The notes below the pieces were generated by a model. The model was not told the origin of the DNA. It was given only the letters and a program-made list of their open reading frames with translations, and ran no database searches. Below are positions 38,271-52,000 of a stretch of DNA of 64,000 bases, in pieces; positions within the stretch are counted from its first letter, which is position 1, and each line of letters begins with the position of its first letter. The stretch is taken from positions 434,001-498,000 of the forward strand of contig NW_027253544.1 in NCBI RefSeq assembly GCF_044704955.1, given 5' to 3'. Made by a program: the position numbers and the translations under genes. The stretch comes from Pristiophorus japonicus (taxonomy: Eukaryota).

Positions 38271-38469
38271 TCTTCATCTAACATCAACACATACGTTAAA
38301 ATATACATTGAATCAAATACGTAAGATTTTCAACTTGCGTAAAACTGCTGTTGTGAGCTGACACCCAGTGTAGAATCCACCCAATCCTCATTGCACAAGA
38401 CAAGGTTCTTTTTTTAAAATTAGCCAATCTCCTGTGACGTTGTACATTGTAACCGTAATGTCTTTGTGT

Positions 38470-39620
38470 TGTTCTTCTTGACTTGTCTGCAGACTTTGAC
38501 ATGATTTACCAATCCATCCTCCAAACCCTCTCCACCGTTGACCAGCTGGGTGGGACTGCACTCACCTGGTTTCAATCTTTTCTATCGAACCGTTGCCAGA
38601 GAATAGTTTCTCTTCCTACTCCTGCACCGTTAACTCTGGTTCCCCCCCACAAGGATCTATCCTTGGCCCCCTCCTATTTATCATCTACATTGGCAACATC
38701 ATTCAAAAATACAGCGCCAGTTTCCACACATACGCTGACGACTCCCAGCTTCACCTCACTACCACTTCTCTCCACCCCGTCACGGTCTCTAAATTGTCAG
38801 ACTGCCTATCCAACATATCGTACTGGATGAGCAGAAATGTTCTCCAATTAAATATTGGGACAACCAAAGCCATTGTTTTCAGTCCCCGTCACCAACTCCG
38901 TTCCCCAGCCACTTACTCCATCCCTGTCCTGTCTGAGGCTGAACCAAGCTGTTCACAACCTTGGTGCCATATTTGACCCAGAAATCAGCTTCCAACCATT
39001 TATCTGCAGCTTAACTAAGACCACCTAGTTCCAACTCTGTAACATCGATCGTCTCCGACCCTGCCTCAGCTCATCCGCTGCTGAAACCCTCATCCATGTC
39101 TTTTTACCTTTATTCTTGAATATTCAAACATTCTATCCTACACAAACTTGAGGTCATCCAAAACTCGGCAGCCCGTGTCCTAACTCGCACCAAGTCCCAC
39201 TCACCCATCACCCCTGAGCTCACTGACCTACATTGGCTCCCAGTTAAGCAACGCCTCAATTTGAAAATTCTCATCCTTGTTTTCAAATCCCTCCACGGCC
39301 TCGCCCCTCCCTTTCTCTGTAATCTCCTCCAGCCCCACAACCCCTCGAGATGTCTGCGCTCCTCTAATTTTGCCCTCCTGAGCATCCCGGATTATAATCG
39401 CTCCACCATCGGTGGCCATGCCTTCTGTTGCCTGGCCCCAAGCTCTGGAACTCCCTGCCTAAACCTCTCCGCCTCTCTACCTCATTCCTCCTTCAAGATG
39501 CTCCTTAACAACAACAACTTGTATTTATATAGTGCCTTTAATGTAAAATGTCCCAAGGCGCTCCACAAGCTCGGTCAAAGAGGTAGGTTTTATGGAGAGT
39601 CTTAAAGGTGTAAAGAGTAG
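38470..39620 (+). mobile_element. L2 LINE RT/3' fragment
   Basis: [30 protein letters not shown] motifs. Confidence 0.88.
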
Positions 39621-40084
39621 AGAGGTCCCCCGCAACTTTCCTTATATCTCGGTTCTTTTCTGCTGTTGTCTTTTTTTTGTCTGAACTTATTTTTTGTGCA
39701 CATCAGCTCCCTGCAGAATCTATTCCCTCCTTCACCCTGTCTTGCACTCTTGCTCCTGTTCTGCCCCTCCTGAAAACATTGCAATCTGATGTTTATGTTG
39801 CACTCCTGCACAATTCCCAGCCAGGTTTGTCAGTGCTGTTAAATCCGTGCCACCATTGTTTCTCATTCCCTCAGTAAGCCCCACACTCCCAGCATTGACA
39901 GACTTTATCTTTTGGCCGTATTTAAAGCTGCTCCTTGCCCTTGTTTATCTGTCCAAGCTCACACTTCCTTTCAGGATTGTTGCTGCACACAACTCATTGA
40001 TTTGATTTCCCGCTTCTATTCCTTCTCATGCTGTGATTGACCACAAATGGTTTGTTTGTATATTTGGGTCATCCGGTTCAAACT

Positions 40085-40450
40085 TCCCGCGCGCCCAACC
40101 GTCCCCGCCCCGCGCGGGGGCCCCGCCCACCGGCCCCGCCCCGCCCCGCCCCGCGCGGCGCTGGGGACCAATCAGAATGGCGAGTGGATGAGGCGGGAAC
40201 AGCGGAGCGGCGCCGCGGTTGGAGGCGATGGCGGCCGGTGAGCGGAGGCTGAGCCCGGGCCCGGGCGGGCGGGGAGAGGCTGGGGGCCGGGGCCGGGGCC
40301 GGGGCCGGCCTGCAGTGAGCGGGGGGCGGACCCGGGCGGGGGATGGATGGATGGGGTTAGGGGGGAGTGGGCTCCAGGGGCCGAGGTGGTGCGGGGTGTG
40401 GCGGCAGTGGGCTGGAGGAGGCAGTGAGCGGGGCGGGGCGGGGATAAACT
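40085..40450 (+). promoter_or_regulatory. CpG island promoter with GC boxes, CCAAT box and candidate first coding exon ATG GCG GCC G/gtgagc (40228-40237)
   Basis: Dense CpG, repeated CCCCGCCC, gaccaatcag at ~40165, good Kozak context gcgATGG, canonical donor. Confidence 0.7.
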
Positions 40451-40699
40451 CCCTCCAACACTCCCCAGTCAGGGCAGTAACTGCGGCCAATGCCAATAGT
40501 TCCCGGGACAACTCCATCTTCCCTCCTGCAGCACACAGGCTCACAGTCCTGGCTGAGAACGTGGGGCCAATCCTTTCAACCCACATCCCAATATGATCGC
40601 TTGTATTCGAGCTGTGACAACAATGTGGGGAAGTGAAGTGACATTGAGCCACCTGTGGACCATGGACGGTAACAGGAGACAGCGCGTGTATACAACACA

Positions 40700-41660
40700 T
40701 CATCACCATCACAGGCAGTCCCTCGGGATCGGGGGACACTTGCTTCCACTCTAACACTGAGTTGTCAGGTGACGGAACCGTCCAATTGGGGAATGACAGT
40801 CTGTGCCACAGGTGGGACACACAGTGGTTGGAGGAAAGGGTGGCTGGGACTGGTTTGCCGCACGCTCCTTCCGCTGCTTGCGCTTGGTTTCTGCACGCTC
40901 TCGGCGACGGGACTCGAGGTGCTCAGCGCCCTCCCGGATGCTCTTCCTCCACTTCGGCTGGTCTTTGGCCAGGGACTCCCAGGTGTCAGTGGGGATGTCG
41001 CACTTTATCAGGGAGGCTTTGAGGGTGTCCTGGAAACATTTCCTCTGCCCACCTGGGGCTCGCTTCCCGTGTACGACTTCCGAGTAGAGCACTTGATTTG
41101 GGAATCCTGTGTCAGACGTGCGGACAGTGTGGCCCGCTCAACGGAGCTGGTCGAGTGTGGTCAGTGCTTCGATGTTGGCCTGATCGAGAACACTGACGGT
41201 GCCTCTGTCCTCCCAGGGGATTTGCAGGATCTTGCGGAGATATCGTTGGTGGTATTTCTCCAGCGCTTTGCGGTGTTTACTGTACATAGCCCACGTCTCT
41301 GAGCCATACAGGAAGGCGGGTATCGCTACCTCACTGTCGACTATAAGCTTGGTGCCAGATTTGAGGTCCTGGTCTTCAAACAATTTCTTCTTCAGATGAC
41401 TGAAGGCTGCACTAGAGACGGTGTTGGACCTCGTCATCGATGTCTGCCCTTGCTGATAATAGGCTCCCGAGGTATGGAAAATGGTCCACGTTGTCCAGGG
41501 CCGTGCCGTGGACTTTGATGACCGGGACACAGTGCTATGTGGCGGGGTCAGGTTGGTGGAGGACCTTTGTCTTACGGATGTTTAGTGCAAGGCTATGCTT
41601 TCGTAGCCTCAATGATGGTGTTGACCATGGCTTGTAGTTCGGCCTCTGAGTGTGCGCAGA
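40700..41660 (-). mobile_element. RTE LINE 3' portion
   Basis: LYGSETW, RAPGGQRK, CPTC C-terminal motifs; (TGA/TGG)n tail. Confidence 0.9.
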
Positions 41661-41687
41661 AGCAAGCGCAGTACAGTATACTTCATG

Positions 41688-43209
41688 GTAGAAGACAAAA
41701 ACATCCCAATAATGGATAATCAAGGGGCTATCAGGAGGAACTGAAAACAATCACTGTCACTAAAGAAGAAGTACTCAGTAAAATAATGGGACTAAAGGTG
41801 GATAAGTTCCCTGGATCTGATGGCTTGCATCCTAGGATCTTAAAAAAAGTGACTGCAGAGATAGTGGATGCATTGGTTGTAATTTAACCAAAATTCCCTG
41901 GATTGTGGGGAGGTCCCAGAGGCTGGAAAACTGCAAATGTAATGCCCCTATCTAAAAAAGGAGGCAGACAGAAAGCAGGAAATTATAGACCAGTTAGCCT
42001 TACATCTGTTGTTGGCCAAATGCTGGAGTCCATTATTAAGTAAGCAGTAGCAGGACATTTGGAAAAGCATAATTCAATCAAGCAGAGTTAGCATGGTTTC
42101 ATGAAAGGAAAAACATGTTTGACAAATTTGCTGGAATTCTTTGAGGATGTAACGTGCAGGGTGGTTAAGGGGGAACCAGTGGATGTGTATTTGGATTTCC
42201 AGAAGGCATTCGATAAGATTACTGCACAAGATAAAAGTTCATGGGGTTGGGGATAATATATTAGCACGGATAGAGAATTAGCTAACTAACAGAAAACAGA
42301 GAGATGGGATAAATGGGTCATTTTCCGTTTGGTAAACAATAACTAGTGGGGTGCTGCAGAGATCGGTGCTGGGGCCTCAACTATTTACAATCTATAATAA
42401 TGATTTGGATGAAGGGATTGAGTGCAATGAAGCCAAGTTTGCTGATGATACAAAGATGGGTGGGAAAGCAAGTTGTGAGGAGGGCACAAAACATCTGCAA
42501 AGGGATATAGACAGGCTGAGTGGGCAAAAATTTGGCAGGTGGAGTATAATGTGGGAAAGTGTGAGGTTATCCACTGGCAGAATTTTTTTTTAAAAGCAAA
42601 TTATAATTTAAATGGAGAAAAATTGCAAAGTGCTGCAGGGATAAAGATGGAGAAGGTAGAATATGAGAATAAATTAGCAAGAAATATAACAACATACAGT
42701 AAGAGCTTCTACAGGTATGTCAAAAGGAAACGAGTAGCTAAAGTAAACGTTGGTCCCTTAGAGGATGAGACTCGGGAATTAATAATGGAAAAACAGGGAA
42801 ATGGCAGAGACTTTGAACAAATATTTTGTATCGGACTTTACAGTAGAGGACACTAAAAACATCCCAATAATTGATAATTGAGCTATTGTGGGGTGGGAGG
42901 CGGGGGTAGATGTCGGTGGGGATGTCGCACTTTATCAGGGAGGCTTTGAGGGTGTCCTGGAAACATTTCCTCTGCCCACCTGGGGCTCGCTTCCCGTGTA
43001 CGACTTCCGAGTAGAGCGCTTGCTTTGGGAGTCTTGTGTCAGGCGTGCGCACAGTGTGGCCCGGCCAACGGAGCTGGTCGAGTGTGGTCAGTGCTTCGAT
43101 GTTGGCCTGATCGAGAACACTGACGGTGCCTCTGTCCTCCCAGGGGATTTGCAGGATCTTGCGGAGGCAGCACTGGTGGTACTTCTCCAGTGCTTTGAGG
43201 TGTCCGCTG
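41688..43209. mobile_element. Scrambled CR1 fragments (+, 41688-42910) and an RTE fragment (-, 42912-43209)
   Basis: CR1 RT motifs out of order; RTE piece nearly identical to 40985-41280. Confidence 0.8.
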
Positions 43210-46065
43210 TGTTATGTACGGCAAAAGAGTCAGACTGCGCTCAAAGTAAAGTGTGACCTTAATCTTTTATTGCCGGTTTCCAGAATGCCTCTCCAACTGT
43301 GAAGCCTCCTTAAATACCTGTGCTCCCAAGGGATTATGGGATCGCTTGGGACTCAAGGGGATGAGCCCTCTCGTGGCTGTACAGAGTAAATACAAGTCCA
43401 CATATATAACAACATTCCCCCCCCCAAAGTCAATAGTGTAACTATTTACAATGTGAGTCGATCTGGGGCCCTTCTTGCCCTGGTTGATTGTCTCGGTGTG
43501 AAAGCTGGTGGTGTTGAATCATTTGCTGGGCCCTCGCTGGGCTGCTGTGCAACTGGGCTGCCTGGTGTGTTGGGCCCTGCAGGGCTGCTGTGGATGATGG
43601 GTTCTGCTTTGTGGTCAAATGTGGTGTTGGTTGCCACTGATGTGTATGTTCGGGGATCAAAAAAGGTAGGGTCCAAGGTGGGTTGCTCAGGGTCGTCCGT
43701 GAATCTGAGTTTGATTTGATCCAAGTGTTTCCGGTGAATGAGTCCATTTGAAAGTTTGACCCGAAACACCCTGCTCTCCTCTTTGGCCACGACAGTGCCG
43801 GGAAGCCACTTGGGACCTTGTCCATAATTTCATACAAATATCGGATCATTGATTTCAATCTAGCGCAAATGTGTAATGCTATCATGGTATGCACTTTGTT
43901 GAAGCCACCTGCTCTCTACCTGTTCATGTAGATCAGGGTGAACTGACGAGAGACTTGTCTTAAGTGCTCTTTTCATGAGTAGTTCAGCAGGTGGGATCCC
44001 AGTGAGCGAGTAGGGTCTCGTGCGGTAGCTAAGCATGACTCGGGATAGGCGAGTCTGAAGTGAGCCTTCAGTTACCCTCTTCAAGTTCTGCTTGATGGTT
44101 TGCACTGCTTTTTCTGCCTGACCGTTGGACGCTGGTTTAAACGGGGCAGATGTGACTTGTTTGATCCCGTTACGGGTCATGAATTCTTTGAACTCATCAC
44201 TGGTAAAACATGGCCCATTGTCGCTCACCAGGACATTGGGTAGGCCGTGTGTGGCAAACATGGCCCGCAGGCTTTCAGTAGTGGCACCGGACGTGCTAGC
44301 AGACATTATCTCACATTCAATTCACTTGTAGTACGCGTCTACAACCACAAGGAACATTTTACTCGAATGGGCCTGCGTAGTCGACGTGTACCCTAGACCA
44401 CGGTTTGGAGGGCCAAGACCATAAACTTGACGGCACCTCCCAGGCTACATTGCTTAACTGCGAGAATGTATTACATCTGTGAACGCAGGACTCTTAAGTC
44501 CGCATCGATACCGGGCCATCACACGTGGGGTCTGGCTATCGCTTTCATCATTACGATGCCTGGGTGGGTACTGTGGAGTTCATTGATGAAGCTGTCCTTC
44601 TTGGGGACCACTAATCGATTGCCCCACAGAAGGCAGTCTGCTTGTATAGATATTTCATCTTTGCGCTGCTGGAACGGCTTTGTCTCTTCCTGCATTTCCA
44701 CTGGGACACTGGACCAGCTCCCGTGAAGCACACAGCTTTTGACTAGAGATAATAAGGGGTCCTGGATTCACCAGGTTTTGATCTGCCGGGCAGTGACGGG
44801 TGATTGCTCACTCTCAAAGGCTTCCATAACCATGGCTAGATCTGCGGGCTGCACCATTTCCCGTGGTGGGCAATGGCAGCCTACTGAGAGCATCGGCATA
44901 GTTTTTTGTGCCTGGCCGGTGGCGGATGGCATTGTTGTATGCGGACAACGTGAGCGCCCATCTCTGGATGCGGCCGATGCGTTGGTATTTATCCCTTTAT
45001 TCTCGGAAAACAGGGAATATAAGTCGCTTATGGTCAGTTTCCAATTCGAATTTTAGCCCAAGCAGGTATTAATGCATTTTCTTTACTCCATAGACACTTG
45101 CTAATGCTTCTTTCTCAATCATGCTGTAGGCTCTCTCAACCTTAGACAGACTCCTGGATGCATAAGCAACCGGTTGCAGTTTCCTGAAATCATTAGCTTG
45201 TTGCAATACACACCTGACGCCATATGATGACAAATCACCTGCTAATACCAAACGCTTACATGGATCAGACAACACAAGCAATTTTATTTGAGCATAACAA
45301 TTTTCTCGCTTTTACAAAGGCTTTTGCCCCAAACCCATTCGTCCCCTTTTCATAATAAGACATACAGTAGTTCTAAGAGTGTGCTGAGACCTGGTAGGAA
45401 GTTACCAAAGTAGTTCAGGAGTCCCAGAAACGACCGCAGCTCCGTCACGTCCTGTGGCCTCGGTGCGTTCTCGATTGCCTCCATCTTCGTGTTGGTGGGC
45501 CTGATGTCGTCCGCCGCAATCCTCCTTCCCATGAACTCCACTTCAGGCACCAGGAAAATGCACTTAGAGCATTTTAACCTGAGCCCCACATGGTTGAGCC
45601 GACTAAGAACCTTCTCCAGGTTCTGCAGATGCTCGACTGTGTTCTGACCTGTGACCAAGATGTCGTCCTGGAAGACCACGGTATGGGGATCCGACTTCAG
45701 TAAGCTTTCCATTTTCTCTGAAATGTCGTTGCCGCTGATCGGATTCCAAACGGGCATCTGTTATAAATCTGAGAACCTACGATGATTCCTCCAGTTCCTG
45801 CGTCATGTAGGCTGAAGTCAGATCCAGCTTCGTGAACGTCTTTCCTCCCGCCAGCGTTGCAAAGCGGTCATTGGCCTTTGGTAGTGGATATTGGTCCTGC
45901 AGGGAGAATCGATTGATAGTTACTTTGTAATCGCCACAGATTCCTACGGTGCCGTCTCCCTTGAGGACTGGGACAATAGGACTGGCCGACTCCTTGAACT
46001 CGATCGTTGAAATTATGCCCTCTTTGCAGCTGGTCTAGCTCGATCTCTACCCTTTCTCTCATCAT
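43210..46065 (-). mobile_element. Gypsy LTR retrotransposon 3' half (RT-RH-IN + 3' LTR 43210-43411)
   Basis: FQDDILV, LRSFLGLLNYF, PVAYASRSL, VSDNGPCF, SNGQAEK; PPT then TGTTA...TAACA LTR. Confidence 0.92.
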
Positions 46066-46066
46066 G

Positions 46067-49055
46067 TCGGCGGCAGTCGGGAGCAGCGTCGAGGAGGTGC
46101 GTGGAGAGGCCTATAAAAGGCACAGCAGGGAGTCCGGGGCCCAGCCTCGAGGAGGTGCGTGGAGAGGCCTATAAAGGCATGACTTGTGCAGCTACAAGGA
46201 GAAGGCAAAAAAGAAGTAGAAAGAAATCAAAAGGTGACGTCACAGCCAAGAGGGTAAGTGATTGGCTGGTGATTGGTGAGTAGTTTTTCTTTTTTCTCTT
46301 CTATATCAGTGAGTAACTTTTAACATTGTTGTTGCCAATTTAAGTGTATATAAGGGTTAAGTCATGGCAGGAGAGCTCGGTCGGGTGTTATGCTCCTCCT
46401 GTACCATGTGGGAACTCAGGGACACTTCCGGTGTCCCTGACGATTACGTGTGCGGGAAGTGTATCCGCCTCCAGCTCCTGACAGACCGCGTTGCGGAGTT
46501 GGAGCTGAGGGTGGATTCACTCTGGAGCATCCATGATGCTGAGAATGACGTGAGTATCACGTGTAGCGAATTGGTCGTACCACAGGGAAAGGGTCCACAG
46601 CCAGATAGGGAATGGAAGACCAACAGGAAGAGCAGTGCAAGGAAGGTAGTGCAGGAGTCCCCTGTGGTCATCCCCCTGCAAAACAGATACACTGCTTTGG
46701 GTACTGTTGAGGGGGATGACTCATCAGGGGAGGGCAGCAGCAGCCAAGTTCATGGCACCGTGGCTGGCTCTGCTGCACAGGAGGGCAGGAAAAAGAGTGG
46801 GAGAGCAATAGTGATTGGGGATTCAATGGTGAGGGGAATAGATAGGCGTTTCTGCGGCCGCAACCGAGACTCCAGGATGGTATGTTGCCTCCCTGGTGCA
46901 AGGGTCAAGGATGTCTCGGAGCGGGTGCAGGACATTCTAAAAAGGGAGGGAGAACAGCCAGTTGTCGTGGTGCACATTGGTACCAACGACATAGGTAAAA
47001 AGAGGGATGAGGTCCTACGAAACGAATTTAAGGAGCTAGGAGCTAAATTAAAAAGTAGGACCTCAAAAGGAGTAATCTCGGGATTGCTACCAGTGCCACG
47101 TGATAGTCAGAATAGGAATCGCAGGATAGCGCAGATGAATACGTGGCTTGAGCAGTGGTGCAACAGGGAGGGATTCAAATTCCTGGGGCTTTGGAACCGG
47201 TTCTGGGGGAGGTGGGACCAGTACAAACCAGACGGTCTGCACCTGGGCAGGACCGGAACCAATGTCCTAGGGGGAGTGTTTGCTAGTGCTGTTGGGGAGG
47301 ATTTAAACTGATATGGCAGGGGGATGGGAACCAATGCCGGGAGACAGAGGGAAACAAAAAGGAGGCAAAAGCAAAAGACAGAAAGGAGATGAGGAAAAGT
47401 GGAGGGCAGAGAAACCCAAGGCAAAGAACAAAAAGGGCCACTGTACAGCAAAATTCTAAAAGGACAAAGGGTGTTAAAAGAACAAGCCTGAAGGCTTTGT
47501 GTCTTAATGCAAGGAGTATCCGCAATAAAGTGGATGAATTAACTGTGCAAATAGATGTTAACAAATATGATGTGATTGGGATTACGGAGACGTGGCTCCA
47601 GGATGATCAGGGCTGGGAACTCAACATCCAGGGGTATTCAACATTCAGGAAAGATAGAATAAAAGGAAAAGGAGGTGGGGTAGCATTGCTGGTTAAGGAG
47701 CAAATTAAGGCAATAGTTCGGAAGGACATTAGCTTGGATGATGTGGAATCTATATGGGTAGAGCTGCAGAATACCAAAGGACAAAAAACGTTAGTGGGAG
47801 TTGTGTACAGACCTCCAAACAGTAGTAGTGATGTTGGGGAGGGCATCAAACATGAAATTAGGGGTGCGTGCAATAAAGGTGCAGCAGTTATAATGGGTGA
47901 CTTTAATATGCACATAGATTGGGTTAACCCAACTGGAAGCAATACGGTGGAGGAGGATTTCCTGGAGTGCATAAGGGATGGTTTTTTAGACCAATATGTC
48001 GAGGAACCAACTAGGGGGGAGGCCATCTTAGACTGGGTGTTGTGTAATGAGAGAGGATTAATTAGCAATCTCGTTGTGCGAGGCCCCTTGGGGAAGAGTG
48101 ACCATAATATGGTGGAATTCTGCATTAGGATGGAGAATGAAACAGTTAATTCAGAGACCATGGTCCAGAACTTAAAGAAGGGTAACTTTGAAGGTATGAG
48201 GCGTGAATTGGCTAGGATAGATTGGCGAATGATACTGAAGGGGTTGACTGTGGATGGGCAATGGCAGACATTTAGAGACCGCATGGATGAACTACAACAA
48301 TTGTACATTCCTGTCTGTCGTAAAAATAAAAAAGGGAAGGTGGCTCAACCGTGGCTATCAAGGGAAATCAGGGATAGCATTAAAGCCAAGGAAGTGGCAT
48401 ACAAATTGGCCAGAAATAGCAGAGAACCCGGGGACTGGGAGGAATTTAGAACTCAGCAGAGGAGGACAAAGGGTTTGATTAGGGCAGGGAAAATGGAGTA
48501 CGAGAAGAAGCTTGCAGGGAACATTAAGACGGATTGCAAAAGTTTCTATAGATATGTAAAGAGAAAAAGGTTAGTAAAGACAAACGTAGGTCCCCTGCAG
48601 TCAGAATCAGGGGAAGTCATAACGGGGAACAAAGAAATGGCGGACCAATTGAACAAGTACTTTGGTTCGGTATTCACTGAGGAGGACACAAACAACCTTC
48701 CGGATATAAAAGGGGTCGGAGGGTCTAGTAAGGAGGAGGAACTGAGGGAAATCCTTATTAGCCGGGAAATTGTGTTGGGGAAATTGATGGGATTGAAGGC
48801 CGATAAATCCCCAGGGCCTGATGGACTGCATCCCAGAGTACTTAAGGAGGTGGCCTTGGAAATAGTGGATGCATTGACAGTCATTTTCCAACATTCCATT
48901 GACTCTGGATCAGTTCCAATGGAGTGGAGGGTAGCCAATGTAACCCCACTTTTTAAAAAAGGAGGGAGAGAGAAAACAGGGAATTATAGACCGGTCAGCC
49001 TGACATCGGTAGTGGGTAAAATGATGGAATCAATTATTAAGGATGTCATAGCAGT
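46067..49055 (+). mobile_element. Young CR1 LINE, 5' UTR + intact ORF1 + ORF2 truncated at its 3' side
   Basis: 5' UTR with duplicated 29-bp unit; ORF2 homology to 54326-57232 stops at DVIAV (49055). Confidence 0.93.
46364..47311 (+). CDS. CR1 ORF1 protein (zinc finger/coiled coil + SGNH esterase)
   Basis: CSSC..CGKC, leucine heptads, IGDSMV, HIGTND, DGLHL; 315 aa uninterrupted. Confidence 0.92.
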   Translation: MAGELGRVLCSSCTMWELRDTSGVPDDYVCGKCIRLQLLTDRVAELELRVDSLWSIHDAENDVSITCSELVVPQGKGPQPDREWKTNRKSSARKVVQESPVVIPLQNRYTALGTVEGDDSSGEGSSSQVHGTVAGSAAQEGRKKSGRAIVIGDSMVRGIDRRFCGRNRDSRMVCCLPGARVKDVSERVQDILKREGEQPVVVVHIGTNDIGKKRDEVLRNEFKELGAKLKSRTSKGVISGLLPVPRDSQNRNRRIAQMNTWLEQWCNREGFKFLGLWNRFWGRWDQYKPDGLHLGRTGTNVLGGVFASAVGEDLN

Positions 49056-52000
49056 GCGTGAGCCAGTCCATCATGGGCAAAAAGACTTTCGAAAGATTGT
49101 GGTGCAACAAGGCCTCATGGCCAGTTTTAACTCAAGTTTGCATGAAACTAAGAACTTAAACAAAATAACTTATTCCTGTAATCGGCAGTGCTACCGTAAA
49201 GGTCTCCTATGATGGAGCAGTGCGCAAGCTACCACTCTGGGTGGTACCAGGCAATGGTCCCACCCTGCTTAGCAGAAGCTGGCTGGGAACGACATGCTGG
49301 AACTTGGACAACGTCCGAGCGCTATCGCCTGCTGACGACACTTCGTGTGCCCAGGTATTAAACAAGTTTCCTTTGCTGTTCGAACCAGGCATCAGGAAAT
49401 TCCAAGGAGCAAAAGTGCAGATCCACCTAATTCCGGGGGCTCAACCCATCCATCACAAGGCGAGAGCAGTACCGTACATGATGAGAGAAAGGGTAGAGAT
49501 CGAGCTAGACCAGCTGCAAAGAGAGGGCATCATTTCACCGATCGACTTCAACGAGAGGGCCACTCCTATCGTCCCAGTCCTCAAAGGAGACAGCACCGTC
49601 AGAATCTGGCGATTACAAAGTAACTATCAATCGTTGATCCCTGCAGGACCAATACCCACTACCAACGGCCGACGACCTCTTTGCAATGCTGGCGAGAGGA
49701 AAGACGTTCACGAAGCTGGATCAGATTTCAGCCTACATGACGTCGGATCTGGAGAAATCATCGAAGGCCCTCACCTGCATCAACACGCACAAAGGTCTTT
49801 TTGTTTATAACACATGCCCGTTTGGAATTCGATCAGCGGTGCCGATATTCCAGAGAAACATGGAAAGCTTACTGAAGTCGGTCCCACACACTGTGGTCTT
49901 CCAAGATGACATCTTGGTCACAGGTCGGAACACAGACGAGCATCTGTAGAACCTGGAGGAGGTTCTTAGTCGACTCAACCGCGTGGGGCTCAGGTTAAAA
50001 TGCTTGAAGTGCATTTTCCTGGTGCCTGAAGTGGAGTTCTTGGGAAGGAGAATCACGGCAGGCGGCATCAGGCCCACCAACGCGAAGACGGAGGCAATCG
50101 AGAACGCACCGAAGCTACAGAACGTGACGGAGCTGCGGTCGTTTCTGGGACTCCTGAACTACTTTGGTAACTTCTTACCGGGTCTCAGCACACTGTTCGA
50201 ACCATTGCATGTCTTACTACGAAAAGGGGACGAATGTGTTTGGGGCAAAAGCCAAGAAAATGCTTTTGTATAAGCGAGAAAATTGTTATGCTCAAACAAA
50301 TTGCTTGTGTTGTATGATCCATGTAAGCGTTTGGTACTGGCATGTGATGCGTCGCCATATGGCGTCGGTTGGGTACTGCAGAAGCCAATGATTTCGGGAA
50401 ACTGCAACCGGTTGCTTATGCATCCAGGAGTCTGTCCAAGGCTGAGAGAGCCGACAGCATGATTGAAAAAGAAGCGTTGCGTGTGTCTATGGGGTAAAGA
50501 AAATGCATCAATACCTGTTTGGGCTAAAATTCTAATTGGAAACTGACCATAAGCCACTTACATCCCTGTATTCCGAGAGTAAAGGGATAAATACCAACGC
50601 ATCGGCCCGCATCCAGAGATGGACTATCACGTTGTCCGCATACAACTACGCCATCCGCCACAAGCCAGGCACAGAAACTGCGCCGATGCTCTCAGTAGGC
50701 TGTCATTGCCCACCACGGGGGTGGAAATGGCGCAGCCCACAGATCTAGCCGTGGTTATGGAAGCATTTGAGAGTGAGCAATCACCTGTCACTGCCCGGCA
50801 GATCAAAACCTGGACAAGCCAGGACTCCTTATTATCTCGAGTCAAAAGCTGTGTGCTTCATGGAAGCTGGTCCAGTGTCCCAGTGGAAATGCAGGAAATG
50901 ATTAAGCCATGGCAGAGGCGCAAGGATGAAATGTCTATACAGGCAGACTGCTTTCTGTGGGGCAATCGAGTAGTGGTCCCCAAGAAGGGCAGTGACCTCC
51001 ACAGTACCCACCCAGGCATCGTAATGATGAAAGCGATAGCCAGATCCCACGTGTGGTGGCCCGGTATTGATGCGGACTTAGAGTTCTGCATTCACAGATT
51101 CAATATATGCTCGCAGTTAAGCAATGTACCCAGGGAGGCGCCGCTAAGTTTATGATCTTGACCCTCCAAACTGTGGTCTAGGGTACACGTCAACTATACA
51201 AGTCCATTCTTGGGTAAAATGTTCCTTCTGGTTGTAGACGCGGATTCCAAGTGGATTGAATGTGAGATAATATCGGCGAGCATGTCTGCTGCCACCACTG
51301 AAAGTCTGCGGGCCATGTTTGCCACTCACGGATTACCCGATGTCCTGGTGAGCAACAATGGTACCCATGTTTTACCAGTGCTGAGTTCAAAGAATTCATG
51401 ACCCGTAACGGGATCAAACATGTCACATCTGCCCCGTTTAAACCAGCATCCAATGGTCAGACAGAGAGAGCAGTGCAAATCATCAAGCAAGGCTTGAAGA
51501 GGGTAACTGCAGACTTGCCTACCCTGCATCCTGCTTAGCTACCGCACGAGATCCCACTCGCTCACTGGGATCCTACCTGCTGAACTGCTCATGAAAAGAG
51601 CACTTAAGACAAGGCTCTCATTAGTTCACCCTGATCTACATGAACAGGTAGAGAGCAGGCGGCTTCAACAAAGTGCATACCATGATAGGGCAAATGTGTC
51701 ATGCGAGATTGAAATCAATGATCCTGTTTTTGTATTGAATTATGGACAAGGTCCCAAGTGGCTTCCCGGAACTGTCGTGGCCAAAGAGGGGAGTAGGGTG
51801 TTTCGGGTCAAACTTTCAAATGAATTCATTCACCGGAAACGCTTGGACCAAATCAAACTCAGATTCACGGACTATCCAGAGCAACCCACCTTGGACCCTA
51901 TCTTTTTTGACCCCCCAGCATACACACCAGCGGCAACCGGCACCACGGTTGAGCGCGATGCAGAACCCAACACATCAGGCAGCTCAGCAAGGCCAGCTGC

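Noticed and set aside
39677-39877. Possible exon with a YVAL motif upstream of the CpG island
   Set aside because: Weak donor, no recognisable homology, and it sits among old repeat fragments
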